Positions 30,219-40,054 of a DNA stretch of 64,000 nt are shown here, piece after piece; position 1 is the first letter of the stretch, and each line of letters starts with the position of its first letter. The stretch is from assembly GCA_044440125.1 (NCBI GenBank), contig JBITAJ010000027.1:160001-224000 (forward strand), read 5' to 3'. A program made the translations under genes and the position numbers. The stretch is from Sedimentisphaeraceae bacterium JB056. GTDB taxonomy: Bacteria; Planctomycetota; Phycisphaerae; Sedimentisphaerales; Sedimentisphaeraceae. The notes under the pieces were generated by a model. The model saw only the letters and a list, made by a program, of their open reading frames with translations. It ran no database searches and was not told where the DNA came from.

Positions 30219-30941
30219 ATGAAAAATGTAATTGTTTTAGTTTTGGTTTTAGTAGCAGCAGCGGCTGTTAATGCAGAAGTCCTGTATCAGGATAATTTCG
30301 ACAGCTATACTGCTGACTGGGCTACAACACTCGGCTCTCAGAATTCCGACTGGAACGGTTATGGTGCAGACAATATTGTTAAGTTTGCATCATGGGCTCC
30401 CGGCAGAGCTGTCTTCTCCAATGGTTATTGGGGAGACAATACTTTGAGGCAGTCGTTTGTGGATGTCGGAGTAAGTGATTATACGGTATCGGTGGAAGCC
30501 TGGCAGTACAGTACCTATACGATGGAATGGTATGCTACTGCAAGAGCAACTGACGATCAGTATATTGCTGCAGGTGTTGTCGCTGCTACTGATGGCGAAG
30601 GTAATTATCAGGTATATGCTAAAATTATTGATAGTACAGGCTATGCAAGCGGCGATTACTGGCTTGCGACATGGGACACTGCATCAGCGATAAATATTTC
30701 TCTTACAGTTGAAGGTGAGGATGTTGTCGCAAGTTTTGAACATGCAGGACTGACTCAGCAGATAACAGCAACAACTACTATACTTGAAGGTGCCAACGCT
30801 GGTTTCGGCGGTAAGTATCAGTGGGATTACCCGATTGGTAATTTCGACAATTTCGAAGTGGAAAGCGTTCCTGAGCCGGCATCATTAGCATTGCTTGGGC
30901 TTGGAGGACTCTTGATTAGAAGAAAGAATAAGAAAGTATAA
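30219..30941 (+). CDS. PEP-CTERM sorted surface protein
   Basis: Signal peptide; EVLYQDNFDSY; C-terminal VPEPASLALLGLGGLLIRRK. Confidence 0.88.
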   Translation: MKNVIVLVLVLVAAAAVNAEVLYQDNFDSYTADWATTLGSQNSDWNGYGADNIVKFASWAPGRAVFSNGYWGDNTLRQSFVDVGVSDYTVSVEAWQYSTYTMEWYATARATDDQYIAAGVVAATDGEGNYQVYAKIIDSTGYASGDYWLATWDTASAINISLTVEGEDVVASFEHAGLTQQITATTTILEGANAGFGGKYQWDYPIGNFDNFEVESVPEPASLALLGLGGLLIRRKNKKV

Positions 30942-30953
30942 ATATATTGGATA

Positions 30954-30975
30954 GGGGGTCTTTTCTAAGACCCCC
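30954..30975 (+). other. GC-rich stem-loop without U tract (mRNA stabiliser or partial terminator)
   Basis: GGGGGTCTT-ttct-AAGACCCCC followed by CATTC. Confidence 0.6.
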
Positions 30976-30996
30976 CATTCAAGGGAGATTCACAAA

Positions 30997-31791
30997 ATGT
31001 TAAAGTTAATTAGAAACAAAAAAGAAAACGGCTTTACTTTGATAGAGCTTTTGGTAGTGATTTCTATCATAGCTGTGCTGATGAGCATTATGATGCCTTC
31101 TCTGCAAAGAGCACGCGCTCAGGCAAAGATGGTTATATGCAGCAACAATCTTAAGCAGATTGGTACAGTGTTCCAGCTTTATGCAAATGACAACAAGATG
31201 TGCTTCCCTGAAGGCATTAACTGGAGTTCTACGGCATGGTTTGCCAATGATGAATTGACAAAGTATCTGCCTACTGAATCAACATGGCAAGAAGGTGAAG
31301 ATGCTCAGGGTGTTTATAAGGGATACTACTGTACTGAAAACTTCAAAACCCTTACTAAAGATGATGATGAAACTGATGGCCAAGGTTATGGCCCTGGTTA
31401 CAGTATGAACTATTATCTTGGTGCATTTGCCTATACAAAAGTTGCTAAAGTTAAGAATCAGGCATCCACACCATTGTTCAATTGTTTCTTTATTGATGAA
31501 GATACTCCAACCGGTACATCTGGAAAGCCTGAATATATGGGTAATTACTTTGCCGCTGCATTTGATCCTGCTGAGAGCAAAGAAAGCTGGAAAGCTTATT
31601 ACCTGATGGAGGGAATGCCGGATGTGCATAAAGGACTTGGCTCAAATTTCCTCATGGTAGATGGGCACGTAGAAAAATGCAGGCCTATGGATACACAGGA
31701 AGAGTATGCTCAGAAGTATACCTGGGATGCACCAGGAGCTTATGTGGTAACTCCATACACACCGAGATATCTTGAAGAAAGAAATGACTAA
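30997..31791 (+). CDS. Planctomycete prepilin-type N-terminal cleavage protein (DUF1559/H-X9-DG-like)
   Basis: [64 protein letters not shown]. Confidence 0.88.
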   Translation: MLKLIRNKKENGFTLIELLVVISIIAVLMSIMMPSLQRARAQAKMVICSNNLKQIGTVFQLYANDNKMCFPEGINWSSTAWFANDELTKYLPTESTWQEGEDAQGVYKGYYCTENFKTLTKDDDETDGQGYGPGYSMNYYLGAFAYTKVAKVKNQASTPLFNCFFIDEDTPTGTSGKPEYMGNYFAAAFDPAESKESWKAYYLMEGMPDVHKGLGSNFLMVDGHVEKCRPMDTQEEYAQKYTWDAPGAYVVTPYTPRYLEERND

Positions 31792-31822
31792 TAATTAATG
31801 CATTAAAGACGGATAGGGACTG

Positions 31823-33652
31823 ATGAGAAAATTTAGATTACTGACTTTGATATTAATGACGATGGCTCTATGTTCAGCATCATTTGCTGAAGATGGCGGA
31901 TTGTTCCTTTGGCCAAGAGTTGACAAAGCTTATCTCTGCCGTAATTACAATATGCCGGTATGGATACAGATTCCAGAAAGCTTTGTTGGCACCGATGGTA
32001 ATATTAAGCTTGAGATAACTATGCCGGAAGGTTTTGAAGTCAGCGGTTTGGGAAGCTCTACTAAATTTGCTGTGCAGCCATCACCTCTTATGGTGCCGGA
32101 TGAAATACTGAATGAGAAAAAGGATGGCAAAACGATTGCTGTATTGACCATGCCTTCTTCTCCAGCGGATCAAACAGAAGATAAGTTACACTATTCAAAA
32201 GGACAGGCTAAAGCATACCGAATCTCCGTGCTGGTCAATCCTGGAGAAAGTGAGACAGGCAGCTATGATATTACAGCGAAACTTGTCAGAAACAGTGATG
32301 GCTCTGAGGTCAGTTTTTCAGGGCAGTTCATCGTTCTTGATGAACTTGCTTCCAAAAGTCCTGAAAGGATGAGGGTTGAGGCTTTCGATTATGCCGGATA
32401 TAAGAATCCTGTTTTCAAACAGGCCATTATGGATGCTATAAGCGGAAGTGGAATCAATGTAGTGACCAATATGCGTGTATTTAACTCAGATGATACAATA
32501 GCGCAGTTAATGAAAGATAAAGGTGTTAAGCCGAGTCTTATCCTTTTCTGGCATAACATCATACCTGAGATAGCAAAAAAATATCCTGAGGCATACCCTC
32601 TTGATAAAGATGGCAACAGAGTTACAAAACCAGATTTTCTTTTGAAGAATAACATATGCCATACTTGGTGTATAAATAACAAAGACAAAGTTAAAGAGAT
32701 ACTTAAAGATTATTTTAAAGAAAATGTTGTTGGCAAGTTTACAGCGGTAACCAATGACAATGAGGAAAAAGCATTGGCACGCGACGGTTCATACATTCGC
32801 GGCGATGTTTATACTCCTATGACCATTGATGCGTTTAAGGATTTTGCAGGAATCGATAGTGATGAAGTTTTGAATCCTGAAATCATTGTTGAAAAATATC
32901 CGCAGAAGTGGGTTGATTTCCGCTGCTGGCAAAGTGCTCAGATGTCTTCTATGATGAGTGAGGCGTTATTTGAGACAGATCCATCTATAGAGTATGGCTA
33001 TTATAGTGGGCATAAATATGTTGGAAATCTTGCCGGCTTTACTAAAAATATGTATGCGACTGACTGGGAAGTCCTTGCTGAGCAGGGCGGAATAATGTTT
33101 GGTTCTTCGGGTTATTATGGAAGTACCGATGATTATTCAGCTACAACAAAAGCACTTGGTTATATTCCGCATATTCCTGCCGAGATGTATATTGAAAATT
33201 TCCTGGATTTCAAACGTGAGATGCCGGAACCGGATAAATTCTCTTACAGGCTGATGAATTCGCTTATGTATGGCAGTGGCGGTTTCGCTGTCTGGTATCT
33301 CCAGGTTCTTGATGGAGCGGCTTATTCGGCGATATCAAATGTTTCGGCTATCGCAGCAGAAATAGAGGATTATATTCTTGATGGTGAAAGATGCGATGAT
33401 CAGATGCTGCTGGCACCAACAATTGATAAGGATGCCGTTTTTGCTTATAAACTCGGTGAGAAGAGAGTCGTTGTTTTTATTAATCATAGCTCAAAGGGTA
33501 AGACAGTACGTTACGGCTGGAAAAAACCTATACCTAAACCTGATACAGTAGAGATTGTATCTGGTAAGAAGTATGCTGATTCAACAACAATATCAGCAAA
33601 TATAAAACCTAAGGGTTATGCAGTTTTTGTTACTTTATCACAAGGTAATTGA
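31823..33652 (+). CDS. Exported hypothetical protein, possible TIM-barrel glycoside hydrolase
   Basis: Signal peptide; TNDNEE and WVDFRCWQ segments reminiscent of GH42-like barrels (weak). Confidence 0.6.
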   Translation: MRKFRLLTLILMTMALCSASFAEDGGLFLWPRVDKAYLCRNYNMPVWIQIPESFVGTDGNIKLEITMPEGFEVSGLGSSTKFAVQPSPLMVPDEILNEKKDGKTIAVLTMPSSPADQTEDKLHYSKGQAKAYRISVLVNPGESETGSYDITAKLVRNSDGSEVSFSGQFIVLDELASKSPERMRVEAFDYAGYKNPVFKQAIMDAISGSGINVVTNMRVFNSDDTIAQLMKDKGVKPSLILFWHNIIPEIAKKYPEAYPLDKDGNRVTKPDFLLKNNICHTWCINNKDKVKEILKDYFKENVVGKFTAVTNDNEEKALARDGSYIRGDVYTPMTIDAFKDFAGIDSDEVLNPEIIVEKYPQKWVDFRCWQSAQMSSMMSEALFETDPSIEYGYYSGHKYVGNLAGFTKNMYATDWEVLAEQGGIMFGSSGYYGSTDDYSATTKALGYIPHIPAEMYIENFLDFKREMPEPDKFSYRLMNSLMYGSGGFAVWYLQVLDGAAYSAISNVSAIAAEIEDYILDGERCDDQMLLAPTIDKDAVFAYKLGEKRVVVFINHSSKGKTVRYGWKKPIPKPDTVEIVSGKKYADSTTISANIKPKGYAVFVTLSQGN

Positions 33653-33708
33653 TTGATATAAATTATTGATTTGCCAGAGTGGTTTAGGCAAAGAGGGGAC
33701 TGATAGAT

Positions 33709-34689
33709 ATGATTACAGGTACATTTATAGACGAGATTACACACGATATTCCGTCCTCAAACTGGGGCAGAAAACAATGGATCGATGACTTCAAAGCTAT
33801 GAAAGCTATAGGTATCGACACCGTGATTATAATTCGTAATGGTTACAGGAACGCAACTACTTTTGAGTCCAAGGTGATTAAAAAGTATTGGGGGCAGATG
33901 CTGCCGGTTCCTATCGATCTGCTTGATTTATTTCTTGAACTTGCAGAAATAAATGATATGGATCTGTTCTTTGGTACATACGACAGCGGAAAATATTGGG
34001 TTAATGGCGACTATCAAACAGAAGTCGATATTAACAAGGCTTTCGTTGATGAAGTCATAGAGCGATATGGTGACAGTACATCACTCAGGGGCTGGTACAT
34101 AAGCCATGAGATAGATACTTATAATCCTGACATGATGAGAGTTTACAGAGAACTTGGTGATCATCTCAAATCCCACAAAGATGCTCCTATACTTATTTCT
34201 CCGTATATTCACGGCAAGAAACAGTTTGCTGAGAATCCAACCACTCTTGCCGACCATGAGAAGCAATGGGATAAGGTTTTTGCTGAGATACAGGATTGTG
34301 TTGATATCGTAGCCTTTCAGGATGGTAATGTCGATTACAATGAACTTTGTGATTATCTTGGTGTAAACGCCAGGCTTGCGGCAAAGTATGGTCTTACAAG
34401 CTGGACTAATGTTGAAACATTTGACCGTGATATGCCGATAAAATTCCCGCCTATATCATGGCCTGCTCTTTTGAAAAAGATGCAGTGTGCAACAGAAGCA
34501 GGCGTTGATAAGCAGATTACTTTTGAGTTCTCTCATTTTCTCAGTCCTAATTCTATCTATCCGTCAGCAAGAAATCTGAACAAGCTTTATACTAAATGGC
34601 TTGCTTCGCAGCAGGTTGAAAATGCTGTTTCTCAGAGATATATTACAGCCGAGATAGAATCAAAAGTTAAAATGGGAATAAGAGCTTGA
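33709..34689 (+). CDS. DUF4434-family putative glycoside hydrolase, paralog of 25503-26432
   Basis: ITGTFIDEITHDIPSSNWG, GWYISHE, DIVAFQDGNV, WTNVETFDRDMP, ITFEFSHF. Confidence 0.8.
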   Translation: MITGTFIDEITHDIPSSNWGRKQWIDDFKAMKAIGIDTVIIIRNGYRNATTFESKVIKKYWGQMLPVPIDLLDLFLELAEINDMDLFFGTYDSGKYWVNGDYQTEVDINKAFVDEVIERYGDSTSLRGWYISHEIDTYNPDMMRVYRELGDHLKSHKDAPILISPYIHGKKQFAENPTTLADHEKQWDKVFAEIQDCVDIVAFQDGNVDYNELCDYLGVNARLAAKYGLTSWTNVETFDRDMPIKFPPISWPALLKKMQCATEAGVDKQITFEFSHFLSPNSIYPSARNLNKLYTKWLASQQVENAVSQRYITAEIESKVKMGIRA

Positions 34690-34692
34690 TAA

Positions 34693-36207
34693 ATGGGTGA
34701 ATTGAAAAGTCTAAAGACGGCAGATAAAGGTGGAGCGAGAGTTTATTCGATTGATATATTGCGTGGTTTGGCTATTTTGTTCATGGTTCTTTCAAGCCTT
34801 GAGCCATTTGGTAATTTACCTGCGTGGATGTATCATGCTCAAACGCCACCGCCAAATCATGGTTATGATCCTTCAATCCCGGGTTTGACTTGGGTTGATC
34901 TGGTTTTCCCTTTCTTTATATTTTCGATGGGTGCTGCCATTCCTTTTTCTCTTCGTCGCAGATTTGAAAAAGGAATGACAACAGCTCAGGGAATATGGGC
35001 TATGGTTAAACGAGGTTTTATGCTTCTTGGCTTTGCTATCTATGCCCGCCATATAAATCCTTCGACCTTAAGTGCTTCGCCTGACAAGGGGACATATTTG
35101 TTGGCGATATTTATGTTTTTCCTTATGTTCGCGATATGGGGTCGTTTCCCATGGAAGATTTCTGAATCTGTTAAGAGAATCATAAAGTTTGCAGGAATAT
35201 TCATCGCTGCATTTGTTTTCTATATCACTCCATTTAGTGATGGCAGCGGTTTTTCTCTTTTTAGAACCAATATAATTTTGTTTGTCCTTGCCAATCTTGC
35301 GGCAGTAGGAGGAATCATATGGATTATTACAAGAGACAACTTGATTATGCGCGTTGGTGTGCTCGGAATCATGACTGCTATACAGTATTCTTATGCGCAA
35401 GATGGCAACTGGATTCATACTTTTGGAAATGAGTATCAGATACCGTTTCTTGCCGCATTTTTCCAAAACAATGTTGACGCTGAAAATCTTAAATATTTCT
35501 CATGGATATATAATCTAAGTTGGATATTTCAGTGGCGTTTCATGAAGTATCTTTACATAATCATACCGGCCAGTATTGTTGGTGATATGGTTTATGATTC
35601 GCTTAAAAGTTCTTCCGATGCGACAAAAATCAAGCCTGCCCTCAATAATTACCTTGCAGGGGTTCTTATGGTGGTGATATTAGTTGTAACGCTCTGCGGA
35701 TTGCAGGGAAGATATGTCGTACTTACAACTGTTTCAGTAGCGATTTTAATCCTGTTGGGTCTTTATCTCTTTAGGAAGGCGACAGGTTCAAGAGAAATAC
35801 TGCTTTCTAAATTGTTCGGATGGGGTGCGTTTTGGATAATGCTTGGTCTGCTTTTTGAGCCTTCACAAGGCGGTATTAAAAAGGACCCGAGCAATATGAG
35901 CTATTATTTTACAACTGCAGGTCTGGCGATATTTTCGGTGATAGCAATAGAGATATTCTTCGAGACTGCACGGCGAAAAAGAATATTTAATCTGTTTATA
36001 TACAGTGGTCAGAATCCGATGATAGCATATCTTACTACCTCTAATGTTTTGCTGCCTGTGCTTACAATAACATCGCTGCGTTCGGTTGTTTTCAGCATGC
36101 ATGGTTCACATCCATGGGTAGGGTTTGTTATTGGAGTTTCTCTGGTTGTTGTAGTTGGACTTTGGGTGAGCTTGTTCTCACGTAGAAAAATATTTCTTAG
36201 AACATGA
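34693..36207 (+). CDS. DUF5009/HGSNAT-like membrane acyltransferase
   Basis: RVYSIDILRG, WMYHAQ.PPP, GLTWVDLVFPFFIF.MGAAIP, GGIKKDP, GQNPMIAY. Confidence 0.82.
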   Translation: MGELKSLKTADKGGARVYSIDILRGLAILFMVLSSLEPFGNLPAWMYHAQTPPPNHGYDPSIPGLTWVDLVFPFFIFSMGAAIPFSLRRRFEKGMTTAQGIWAMVKRGFMLLGFAIYARHINPSTLSASPDKGTYLLAIFMFFLMFAIWGRFPWKISESVKRIIKFAGIFIAAFVFYITPFSDGSGFSLFRTNIILFVLANLAAVGGIIWIITRDNLIMRVGVLGIMTAIQYSYAQDGNWIHTFGNEYQIPFLAAFFQNNVDAENLKYFSWIYNLSWIFQWRFMKYLYIIIPASIVGDMVYDSLKSSSDATKIKPALNNYLAGVLMVVILVVTLCGLQGRYVVLTTVSVAILILLGLYLFRKATGSREILLSKLFGWGAFWIMLGLLFEPSQGGIKKDPSNMSYYFTTAGLAIFSVIAIEIFFETARRKRIFNLFIYSGQNPMIAYLTTSNVLLPVLTITSLRSVVFSMHGSHPWVGFVIGVSLVVVVGLWVSLFSRRKIFLRT

Positions 36208-36225
36208 TGAAAGTAAAAGGGGAAA

Positions 36226-37884
36226 GTGATGAAACGAACAGTGGGGGTATTGATAGTATTGGCAAGCGTTGTAATGGCGGCAGATGTTGTTACTGAGCCA
36301 TTTGTAGGGGTGACACATATTCATCGTACGCTAAGTTCTCCGCGACCATTAAATATCAATATTGTAAAGATCGATCTTGGTGCTGAGGGTATAAGTTTTA
36401 AGTCTACGCCGTCCAATGGTGATGCGGCAGGTGAATCCAATGCGAGCAAGATGACTGATTTTGTAAATGCGCAGGGTGCTCAGATTGGTATCAACTGCGG
36501 GTTCTTCTTTTGGGACAGCAATGCCGGCGGTTATGATGTAATGGGATATGCTGCTTCTGAAGGTGAAGTTTACTCAAAATTTACGGCATGGAGTGACTGG
36601 CCAACGCCTTATGTTTCGCTGAATATATCAAGTACAAATAAGGCTGATATCATTTACCCTTTGCCGAGTTTTCCGATAGGCGGGTATGTGGCTCCATTTG
36701 GAGTGCAGGTTTACAATGCTGTTGCCGGCAGCGAATGGATAGTTAAAGATGGGGTTAATAATGTCAGCAACTGGGATATCAATACGGCTCTCCATCCAAG
36801 GTCTGCTGGCGGTATTACTGCTGACAATCATCTTATTCTGCTTACAGTAGATGGCCGGCAGGAAGGTTTCAGCGAGGGCATGTATGTCAGTGAGGTCGCC
36901 GATCTGCTTATTAGCCTTGGGGCTGTGCAAGGTATAAATTTTGATGGTGGCGGTTCGACTGCTATGGCATTTGCCGATCCATTGCCAAGACTTGTTAACG
37001 TGCCTATAAATGGAGGCGTCGCTTACTCACAGAGAAGTACGCCCAATAACCTTGCCGTTTATGCTATATCAAATACTACTGTACCGGATAGGACTGTGTT
37101 TGTCGATTTTGAAGACGGCAATGAGTCGACATTTGCATATTCACCAGGATATTCCGGCTCTACACTGGGTATAGACACATCTCAATCAACGGCCGAGCCA
37201 ACAACGGATGATTCATGGACAGGTCAGTGGTGCGAGAGATTATTTATAAAGGATGATCCTGCGACAACGGCTGTCGCTGAATATTCGGAAGGCGGATGGT
37301 TTGTCAGGTGGGTTTCAGGTGCAACGGCAAGTCCATCACAGAATATTGCAAAGCCGACTACCGGTTATGTCGGTTTCTGGGCCAAAACATCAAGTGAGAA
37401 TCTTAAAATTTCGATAGTTCTTGATAATGATTCACAAATGGAAAGAGGTCTGCCGATTGATATGCCTGCGGATGGATATTGGCATTGTTATCAGTGGCCA
37501 CTTGAAGATGATAATAGCTGGGAAGGCTGGATAAATGGTGATGGATTAATTACCGGTTCAAGCTTTACTCTCGACAGTATTCAGATATTTGGTCCTGACA
37601 ATGATTGTGAGATTTTTGTTGACACAATATGCCATGATGTGCAAAATACCATAGATGATATTGATGATTGCAGCGGTATCTTGAAGGCAGGTATGGGATT
37701 AGCAGCTGATTTGTCAGGTGATTGCATAGTAAACGGTGATGATCTTGATATTATTGCACAAAATTGGCTTCAGGAAAATTCTGATGCTGATATTATTGTT
37801 TCTTCAGGTAATATAGTAGATCTTCTTGATGTTTCGGCTATTGCTGAGGCTTGGCTTGATTCCAATGATCCTGCAGGTAATTAA
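36226..37884 (+). CDS. Phosphodiester glycosidase (NAGPA family) with dockerin-like C-terminus
   Basis: GINCGFF, HPRSAGG, LLTVDGRQ, GAVQGINFDGGGST; C-terminal ADLSGDCIVNGDDL..NWL and VDLLDV..AWL. Confidence 0.85.
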   Translation: MMKRTVGVLIVLASVVMAADVVTEPFVGVTHIHRTLSSPRPLNINIVKIDLGAEGISFKSTPSNGDAAGESNASKMTDFVNAQGAQIGINCGFFFWDSNAGGYDVMGYAASEGEVYSKFTAWSDWPTPYVSLNISSTNKADIIYPLPSFPIGGYVAPFGVQVYNAVAGSEWIVKDGVNNVSNWDINTALHPRSAGGITADNHLILLTVDGRQEGFSEGMYVSEVADLLISLGAVQGINFDGGGSTAMAFADPLPRLVNVPINGGVAYSQRSTPNNLAVYAISNTTVPDRTVFVDFEDGNESTFAYSPGYSGSTLGIDTSQSTAEPTTDDSWTGQWCERLFIKDDPATTAVAEYSEGGWFVRWVSGATASPSQNIAKPTTGYVGFWAKTSSENLKISIVLDNDSQMERGLPIDMPADGYWHCYQWPLEDDNSWEGWINGDGLITGSSFTLDSIQIFGPDNDCEIFVDTICHDVQNTIDDIDDCSGILKAGMGLAADLSGDCIVNGDDLDIIAQNWLQENSDADIIVSSGNIVDLLDVSAIAEAWLDSNDPAGN

Positions 37885-37895
37885 TATAACAAAGG

Positions 37896-38843
37896 GTGGT
37901 TGAAATGAAAGACAGATTGGGAAGACGTGATTTTCTGAAAGTATCGGCAGTCTCAATGGCGGGTGTTTTCGGCGGATGTTCACAGCAAATGAGCAATACA
38001 GGAAACGAAGAACCGATTTTGCGTATAGGTGTAGTGGCAGATATTCAATATGCTGACAGAGACCCGGTTTCTCAGTACAACTCATATTACAGACCTTCCA
38101 TTCCAAAGTTTGAAGAATTTGTGGATAAGATGAATTCTGAAAGTTTGGATTTCGTGATTCAACTTGGTGATTTTGCAGACAGGGATGTGAAAAGTTATGA
38201 TAAACTGCTGCCAATCTGGAATAAGCTCAAAGCCCCTAAAAGATCTGTTATTGGCAATCATGATATGGAGGCTGCGGGAAGCTATCCTGTTGTTCTCGAA
38301 AAGCTCGGTCTTGAAAAGCCTTATTATGACTTTGTAGTCAAAAACTGGCGTTTTATTGTAATCGACACAAATGATATCGGTGTTCTGGGCAGTAAGGAAG
38401 GCGATTCCAGACGCGAGAAAGCCTTGCGGTATATAGAACTGATGGAAGAGCTTGGTTATCCTAATGCCCGTGTATGGAACTCTACTGTGAGCGATGAACA
38501 GGTAGAATGGGTTAGAAGCAGGCTTGAACTTGCAAATTCCAATGGAGAGTCCGCTATAGTTTTCGGGCATCATACGATTGTCTCCAATGAGCCGGGTCTT
38601 GATATATGGAATCCCGGCAGGCTCATAAAATGCTTCAGAGATAATGAATCTTTTAAGGCCTATATTTGCGGGCATCATCATGAAGGTTCTTTTGTTAAAA
38701 TTAATGATGACCACTATCTTACAATGAATGCTATGATGTCAACTCCTGATACAAGTGCGTATTCCATAATGGAATTGTATGATGACCGCATAGCTGTAAA
38801 TGGATTTGGACGGCAGCAGGACATGGTGCTGCCTATAAAATAA
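37896..38843 (+). CDS. Tat-exported calcineurin-like metallophosphoesterase
   Basis: GRRDFLK twin-Arg; ADIQY, QLGDF, GNHD, GHH, CGHHHEG motifs. Confidence 0.85.
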   Translation: MVEMKDRLGRRDFLKVSAVSMAGVFGGCSQQMSNTGNEEPILRIGVVADIQYADRDPVSQYNSYYRPSIPKFEEFVDKMNSESLDFVIQLGDFADRDVKSYDKLLPIWNKLKAPKRSVIGNHDMEAAGSYPVVLEKLGLEKPYYDFVVKNWRFIVIDTNDIGVLGSKEGDSRREKALRYIELMEELGYPNARVWNSTVSDEQVEWVRSRLELANSNGESAIVFGHHTIVSNEPGLDIWNPGRLIKCFRDNESFKAYICGHHHEGSFVKINDDHYLTMNAMMSTPDTSAYSIMELYDDRIAVNGFGRQQDMVLPIK

Positions 38844-38876
38844 ATAAATGGGTGATTTCTAAGAGGATGATGAATA

Positions 38877-40028
38877 ATGAAAACTTTCGAACAGCTGCAG
38901 AAGATTTACAGCGATAATTTGACAAAATCAATAATACCTTTCTGGATGTCTAACTCTCCGGATTGGGATAACGGCGGTACATTTACCTGTCTTGATGATG
39001 ATGGCAGTGTATACGATCCTAAAAAGTATATATGGTTACAGGGCCGAAGCGTATGGATGTTCTGTCGTTTATATAATACACAGGAGAAGAACGAGGAGTA
39101 TTTAAAGATTGCCAAGCTTGGCCTTGATTTTATCGAAAAGAATGCTATTGATTCAAAAGGAAGATACTACTTCAGCCTTATGCCCGATGGTACGCCTTAT
39201 TTCTATCAGAGAAAGGTTTACGGGGCAGTGTTCTGCATGCTTGCCTATCTTGAATATTTTAATGCGACAGGCCAGCAGGAGTATTTCGATAAGTCAGTTG
39301 ACTTGTTCTGGAAGATACGTGACTGGATAAATGATCCTTCATTGCTTGACAGACCTATATTCAAGGGATTACCAAAGACCAGCTCGCTTGCGGATGTTAT
39401 GGTACTTGCCAGCATGGCGATAGAGCTTGCCGCTGTTGATAAACAGCAGGCTTATCTTGATGTAATGGCTGATTCTTTGAAAAATATCGATCGCCATTAT
39501 GATACAGACAAGAATATCCTTATGGAGACAGTAGCTCTTGACGGTACTGATCTGACTAAACTGCCGGAAGGAAGATTCTTTAATCCCGGACATTCGATAG
39601 AGGTAGCATGGTTTATGCTTCATCTTCTTGAATTTTTACCTGATGCGGAAAAAGAAAGCATGGCTTTCGATATCATCAGGGGTTCAATGGATTTCGGCTG
39701 GGATAAGGAATTTGGCGGACTCTACTATTTTATGGATGTAGAAAATAAGCCTACTTTGCAGCTTGAATCGGATATGAAGCTCTGGTGGCCTCATACAGAA
39801 GCGATATATGCATTAGGATTAGCATACAAGAAAACCGGCAGCGAGTTTTGGTTGGATATACTTAATGATGTACATGATTATACATTTGATCATTTTGTTG
39901 ACGAAGAAAACGGCGGCTGGTATGGTTATTGCGACAGACGTGGAAATCTTACGCATACCTCCAAAGGAGGCAATTACAAAGGATTTTTCCATGTGCCGAG
40001 AGCAATGCTTTTAACTTCACAACTTTAA
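38877..40028 (+). CDS. N-acylglucosamine 2-epimerase (AGE family)
   Basis: KYIWLQGR, NPGHSIEVAWF, GWDKEFGG, KLWWPHTE, KGFFHVPR. Confidence 0.9.
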   Translation: MKTFEQLQKIYSDNLTKSIIPFWMSNSPDWDNGGTFTCLDDDGSVYDPKKYIWLQGRSVWMFCRLYNTQEKNEEYLKIAKLGLDFIEKNAIDSKGRYYFSLMPDGTPYFYQRKVYGAVFCMLAYLEYFNATGQQEYFDKSVDLFWKIRDWINDPSLLDRPIFKGLPKTSSLADVMVLASMAIELAAVDKQQAYLDVMADSLKNIDRHYDTDKNILMETVALDGTDLTKLPEGRFFNPGHSIEVAWFMLHLLEFLPDAEKESMAFDIIRGSMDFGWDKEFGGLYYFMDVENKPTLQLESDMKLWWPHTEAIYALGLAYKKTGSEFWLDILNDVHDYTFDHFVDEENGGWYGYCDRRGNLTHTSKGGNYKGFFHVPRAMLLTSQL

Positions 40029-40054
40029 CATAATTGATTTATAGAGAGAGACCG

